A DNA stretch of 37,260 bases, taken from positions 4,212,161 through 4,249,420 of the forward strand of contig NC_057719.1 of the NCBI RefSeq assembly GCF_004010195.1, read 5' to 3'. How positions within the stretch are numbered: the stretch's first letter is position 1; each line of letters starts with the position of its first letter. The stretch is from Chiloscyllium plagiosum (lineage: Eukaryota). Position numbers and translations under genes: made by a program. This document shows positions 31,500 to 37,260 of the stretch, piece after piece. The notes below the pieces were generated by a model. That model saw only the letters and a program-made list of their open reading frames with translations, did no database searches and was not told the origin of the DNA.

Positions 31500-31672
31500 G
31501 GACTGACACTTGTCTCTCAACCAACAGCACTCGAAAAACAACACATGGAATTATTGCTGTTTGTGGGATCGTGCTGCCTCCTTTTCCCAAATACCACTAG
31601 AAAAACATCTGAAAAGTAATTAAGTGTGTTTTGGAGGTGGTAGGCACTATGGCAATGCAAGCCCTTTCCTTT
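31500..31672 (+). mobile_element. ancient SacSINE1-like DeuSINE 3' fragment
   Basis: ctcaaccaacagcact..attgctgtttgtgggatc.tgctg..aggcactat..aatgcaagcc resembles the Deu-domain end plus L2-type tail. Confidence 0.6.
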
Positions 31673-31979
31673 TGACAGAAGATGCTGAACAACAAAGGGC
31701 TGCTGTGTCATGGTTTATTCCCGGACTGCTCCACCATTCAGTTGGCTGGATGCACAGTGCTGTTGATTCTGTTAATCCTTTTAACTCAACTCGTGTTTAT
31801 CATTCCTGTTGTTCCCATGGTGACGTGACATAATGTCCTGGATCTCCCTGCTCCTCCCAGCAATCTCGGTCACTTTGTCCTGTCTTTAATTTTGTTTTTT
31901 TTTGTACCTTCTATCTGTCCTGTACCAACTCAATTGAGTTCACATTTTCTCTTGCCATCATATACTTACATACTCATAT

Positions 31980-33448
31980 CCCTAACCGTCCAAAAGAGAT
32001 ATACCATTTTGGATATTGTTAGAGAAGGGATGCCCCCCTCAGGAGACAGCAATGCCAATAGCCAGATCATTGGCACCATGATCAGCTCTGTTGGACAGCG
32101 GAGAAGGTTAAAGGAAGGTGAATAGCAATTCTACAGTCGGGGCACTAACTGATTTCTGTGTCTCCAAGCAAGACTTCAGGATAGTAAGTTATCTCCCTGA
32201 TGCCAGGGTCAAGGATATCTGTGAGAGGGCACAGGATATTCTGCAAGGGGATGGTAAGTAGACAAAAGTCATAGTTCATATTGGCACAAATGACATAGGC
32301 AGGAAGAGAAATGAGTTCCTGCAAAGGGAGCTCAAGGAGTTAGATAGAAAGTTGAAAAGCAGGACGTTTAAGGTTGTAATCTTGAGATTACTCCCTGTGC
32401 CACATGCTAGGTGAGGTCAAAAATAGGAAGTTGAAGAGCTAGTGTCAGACAGAGGGATTCAGTTATCTGGATCATTGGGATCTCTTCCAGGGCAAGAGGG
32501 ACCTGTACAAGAAGGACAGGTTACACATAAACTGGAGGGTCACCAATACCCTGGCAGGGAGATTTGTTAGTGCCACTCAGGAGGGTTTAGATTACTGCGG
32601 CAGTGGGTGGGAACTAGATCAGCAGGTCAGCATGTGGAGTGATCGAGGAAAAGGTGAAGGTCAAGTCAGTCTAATCGGAAGTAAAAGCAGGGCCAGGTTA
32701 ATGAACACAGTGGGACTAGCCATCTGAGGTGTATTTATTTCACTGCAAAGAATATAACAGAGGAAGGCAGATGAGTTCAGAGCCCAGATTAGTACATGGG
32801 ACTACGATGTGGTAACCATTACAGAAACCTGGTTGAGAGAAGTGCAGTAGTGGCAGCTCAGTGTTCCAGGGTTTAGATGTTTCAGGTGTGACAGACAGGG
32901 ATGTAAAAGGGGAGGTGGAGTTCCAGGACTGACTAAGGAGAATGTCACAGCCGTACTGACAGAGGACATCTTGGAGGGCTCATCCAGCAAGGCATTATGG
33001 GTAGAACTCAGAGTTAAGAAAGGTGCAATCACCGTGATGGGGTTATACTGAAAGTTGTTGCTGTGTATGACTTTAACATCCCCATTACGATCGATAAGCC
33101 CCTGGGGCCTGATGTGATCTTTCTCAGGATACTGAGGGAGGCAAGAGAGGAGATGTCTGGGTCCTTGACAGAAATGTTTGCATCCTCTTTTGTCACAGGA
33201 GAGGTTCCAGAGGACTGGAGAATAGCTCATGTTGTTCTTATGTTTAAGAAGAGCAACAGGGATATTCTAGGACCATTAATAACATTTAGAAGGCATTTGG
33301 ACAAATACATGGATAGGAAAGGATTAGAAGGGCATGGGGAAAGTGCAGGGAAATAGGGTTAGTGTGGATAGACATTTTGGTCGGCATGGACCAGTTTGGG
33401 CCAAAGGGCTTGTCTCCTTGCTGTAGGACTCTGTGACTCTGTGATTAT
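31980..33448 (+). mobile_element. CR1 relic retaining ORF1 (SGNH esterase-like) and APE N-terminus, RT domain deleted, 3' end intact
   Basis: LPDARVKDI..VIVHIGTNDIG..LYKKDRLHINW (ORF1); YDVVTITETWL..FRCDR..RGGGV (APE); GPD..ILREAREE..VPEDWRIA; then directly TFRRHLDKYM and tail. Confidence 0.9.
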
Positions 33449-33507
33449 GACCAGCCGAAGACACCAGAATGAAAATATTTACAACACAGAAAAATGCCAT
33501 TCAGCCC

Positions 33508-33622
33508 AGTGTTTGCATGTGTGTGTGCATGTGTGTGTTTGTCTGTGTGTGAGAGTGTCTTTGTGTGTGTGTGTGTGTGTGTGGGTGTGTTCGTATCAGT
33601 GTGTGTATGTTTGTGTATGTCT
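33508..33622. repeat. imperfect (TG)n microsatellite
   Basis: Interrupted tgtgtg runs; longest pure run ~33562-33582. Confidence 0.92.
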
Positions 33623-33649
33623 ATTCCATAGGGGTTAACATTATCATGA

Positions 33650-34860
33650 CGTAGTACTGCAACACACTGGAGGCTATTCTCAATGTGAATGGGAGACTTC
33701 ATCACCTCAAGGACGATACGGTGGTCACTCTTACCGATACTGTCATGGACAGGTGCATCTACAACTGGCAGATTGGTAAGGATGAGATCACATATGTTTT
33801 TCCCTCTGTTGGTTCCCTCACCGCCTGCCACAGACTCAGTTCAACAGCTATTCCTTTAGGACCCAACCAGCTCAATCAGTAGTTTGATTTTGATTTGATT
33901 TATTTTAGTCACATGTACCTAAATACAGTGAAGACCTTTGCTTTGCGAGCGGTACAGCCAGATCATAGTTAGCAAGGACATACAGATCACAGGGTGCTCA
34001 GACAGAGCGGGGCATACAGAGTTACACTGCACAGGAGGGGCATAAAGGAAGATCAACATTATTTAAAGTTAGAGAGGTCCATTCATCAGTCTAATAACAG
34101 CAGGGAAGAAGCTGTTCTTGGACCTGTTGGTGTGCGTGGAATCTTCTGCCTGATGGAAGAGGTTGTAGGAGAGCATTATGGGGGGGTGGGGGAGGGGTCT
34201 TTGATGATGTTGGCAGCCTATCCATGGCAACGAGCTGTGTAGATAGAGTCCATGGATGGGAGGTTGGCTTCTGTGATGGTCTGGGCTGTGCACACTGCCT
34301 TCTGTAGGTTCTTATGGTCCTGGGCAGAGCAGTTGCTGTACCAGGCCATTTTGCTGCCGAGTCACTCCCCCTCCCAGAGTACATTTTGGGCCCTTGCCAT
34401 CCTCAGTGCTTCTTCCAAGTGTTATTCAACATGGAGGAGTACTGATTCATTAGCTGAGGGAGGACAGTACATAGTAATCAGCAGGAGGTTTCCTTGCCCA
34501 TGTTTAACCTGAAGCTATGAGACATCACGGGGTCCGGAGTCAACGTTGGGATTCCCAGAGCACCTCCCTCCCTCCCGACTGTATCCCACTGTGCCACCAC
34601 CTCTGCTGGGTCTGTCCTGTCAGTGGGGCAGGACATATCCAAAGATGGTGATGGTGGTGCCTGGGACACAGTCTGTAAGGTATGATCCTGTGAGTATGAC
34701 TATGTCGGGCTGTTGCTTGAATAGTCTGAGATAGTCCTTCCACTGTTGACACCAGCACCCAGATGTTAGTGGGGAGGACTTTGCAGGCTTGGATTTGCTG
34801 TTGTTGTTTCAGGTATCCAGGTCAATACCAGCTGTTCTCTCTGGTTCCATGTCTTAATTT
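33650..34860 (-). mobile_element. LINE APE-endonuclease relic (probably same group as 6880-8055), split by Rex1
   Basis: Complement: QQPDIVILT, QDRPSRGGGTVGY, and RGKNICDLILTNL..DSIGKSDHRIV (APE SDH motif). Confidence 0.85.
33883..34346 (-). mobile_element. Rex1/Babar LINE 3' end
   Basis: Complement: AWYSNCSAQDHKNLQK..LPSMDSIY..LPSGRRF..TNRSKNSFFPAVIRLMN; (tcaaa)n tail at 33883-33900. Confidence 0.88.
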
Positions 34861-35378
34861 AGACTCAGCAGCACATTGAGGAAGCTCTTTCTGGAGCTGC
34901 AGATTCTGTGTGGAGAATATGGCTTCCTGGGAACTGCACCTTCGCTGCTCCTGCCCTTCCTAAAGCAGGGTATTCCCGCAGTGGGAGACAGTGCTCACCC
35001 TGGGACTGTTCCTACTGCTCATTATCTGAAGCCATATCTGGGATCCAGTCCAGCACAGTCTAGTGCGGTGTCCATACTCGCTGGAGTGGATCACAGCTCG
35101 ACATTGACCAATTCACAGGAGGAGATCATTGCACACACGCAACACGGACAGCAGCTGAGTGTAACTAGAGATTGTTGCTATACTCCCCACCCCACCAAAC
35201 CCCATCCCCACCCTCCATTATCTAGTTGCACGTTTCAGGAAGCCTTGAAAACCCCAAATATTGCTGTGATTAGGTGATTAATGGATTGAAACTGAGAACA
35301 GCTCTCTGCCCAGAGCAAATCAAAACTACTGCCTTTAAAGAGAAAGGCCCAGACTTCCCCACATCCAAATCCGCCCCC

Positions 35379-37260
35379 GTCAGTGGGAGCAGTACGGAGG
35401 GAGTGCTGCACTGTTAGTGGGAGCAGTGTGGAGGGAGTGCAGCATTGTCAATGGGAGCAGTATGGAGGGAGTGCTGCACTGTTAGTGGGAGCAGTACCGA
35501 GAGAGTGCCACACTGTCAGTGGGAGCAGTACAGAGGGAGTGCCACACTGTCAGTGGGATCAGTACAGAGGGAGTGCAGCACTGTTGGTGGGTCAGTATGG
35601 AGAGACTGCCACACTGACAGAGGATCAGTATGGAGGGAGTGCCACACTGTCAGTAGGATCAGTACAGAGGGAGTGCAGCACTGTTGGTGGGTCAGTATGG
35701 AGAGAGTGCCACACTGTCAGAGGATCAGTATGGAGGGAGTGCCACACTGAGGGAGTGCAGCACTGTCAGTGGGATCAGTACGGAGGGAGTGCCACACTGT
35801 CAGTGGGATCAGTACGGAGGGAGTGCCACACTGTCAGAGGGTCAGTACGGAGGGAGTGCCACACTGTCAGTGGGAGCAGTATGGAGGGAGTGCCACACTA
35901 TCAGTGGGAGCAGTACGGAGGGAGTGCCACACTGCCAGAGGAACAGAACAGAGGGAGTGTCAGTGGGATCAGTACGGAGGGAGTGCCACACTGTCAGTGG
36001 GAGCAATACGGAGGGAGTGTCACACTGTCAGTGGGATCAGTATGGAGGGACTGCCACACTGTCAGTGGGATCAGTACAGAGGAAGTGCCACACTGTCAGA
36101 GGATCAGTACGGAGGGAGTGCCACACTGTCAGTGGGAGCAATACGGAGAGGGAGTGCCACACTGTCAGTGGGAGCAATACGGAGGGAGTGTCACACTGTC
36201 AGTGGGATCAGTACGGAGGGAGTGCCACACTGTCAGAGGGTCAGTATGGAGGGAGTGCTGCACTGTCAGTGGGAGCAATACGGAGGGAATGCCACACTGT
36301 CAGTGGGATCAGTACGGAGGGAGTGCCACACTGTCAGTGGGATCAGTATGGAGGGTGCTACACTGTCAGAGGATCAGTACGGAGGGAATGCCACACTGTC
36401 AGTGGGATCAGTACAGAGGAAGTGCCAAACTGTCAGTGGGATCGGTACAGAGGGAATGCCACACTGTCAGTGGGATCAGTATGGAGGCAGTGCCACACTG
36501 TCAGTGGGATCAGTACGGAGGGAGTGGCACACTGTCAGAGGGTCAGTAGGGAGGGATTGCCACACTGTCAGAGGATCAGTACAGAGGGAGTGGCACACTG
36601 TCAGTGGGAGCAATACGGAGGGAGTGCCACACTGCCAGAGGATCAGTACAGAGGGAGTGCAGCACTGTCAGTGGGATCAGTACGGAGGGAGTGCCACACT
36701 GCCAGAGGATCAGTACAGAAGGAGTGGCACACTGTCAGTGGGATCAGTACGGAGGGAGTGCCTCACTGTCAGTGGGATCAGTACGGAGGGAATGCCACAC
36801 AGTCAGTGGGAGCAGTATGGAGGGAATGCCACATAGTCAGTGGGAGCAGTATGGAGGGAGTGCCACACTGTCAGAGGGTCAGTAGGGAGGGGGTGCCACA
36901 CTGTCAGAGGATCAGTACAGAGGGAGTGGCACACTGTCAGTGGGAGCAGTACGGTGGGAGTGCCACACAGTCGGTGGGAGTGCTACACAGTCAGTGAGCA
37001 GTATGGAGGGAGTGCAGCACTGTCAGTGGGAGCAATACGGAGAGAGTGCCACACTGTCAGAGGGTCAGTAGGGAGGGAGTGCCACACTGTCAGAGGGTCA
37101 GTAGGGAGGGAGTGCCACACTGTCAGAGGGTCAGTAGGGAGGGAGTGCCACACTGTCAGAGGGTCAGTAGGGAGGGAGCACTGCACTGTCAGAGGGTCAG
37201 GGCTGTCAGACTGCCCCAAAACCAGAGGGTCATTACTGAGGGAGTGTTGCACTATCAGAC
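35379..37260. repeat. 33/34-bp G-rich minisatellite, ~55 copies, runs to window end
   Basis: Units cagtgggatcagtacggagggagtgccacactgt (34), cagtgggagcagta.. (34) and cagagggtcagta.. (33). Confidence 0.97.

Noticed and set aside
35135..35155. REST/RE1-like site (cacggacagc)
   Set aside because: Only the right half-site matches; the left half TCAGCACC is poorly matched
35379..37260. CRISPR-like array or repetitive structural-protein gene
   Set aside because: Head-to-tail monomers with no unique spacers, no cas genes and a vertebrate context; the ORFs are frame-cycling repeat read-through

Overview
Non-coding, repeat-saturated vertebrate genomic DNA, almost certainly from an elasmobranch (shark). 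This is inferred from HE1-type SINEs, HER1/CR1-type LINEs and SacSINE1-like DeuSINEs. By visual tally roughly three-quarters of the window is decayed, nested retroelements (CR1, a second CR1/L2-group LINE, L2, Rex1/Babar, Penelope-like elements and four SINE families), three minisatellite arrays (69, ~32 and 33/34 bp units) and a 270-N assembly gap. No intact protein-coding gene can be supported: every long ORF is a retroelement relic, a tandem-repeat read-through or spans the gap. The most notable signal is more than a dozen Penelope-type minimal hammerhead-ribozyme motifs from four sequence families with covarying stems. Most sit in tiny (90-190 bp) insertions, often TSD-flanked, whose 5' or inversion junction lies right at the ribozyme. 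Other points: a minisatellite apparently born from a DeuSINE segment, a TGACA-dense candidate enhancer near 30.1-30.5 kb, a templated CR1 snippet between perfect 87-bp duplicates, and a few unconfirmed candidate small exons. Repeat boundaries were read by eye (about +/-10-30 bp unless a TSD is given), and family names come from recalled consensus features, not from a search.
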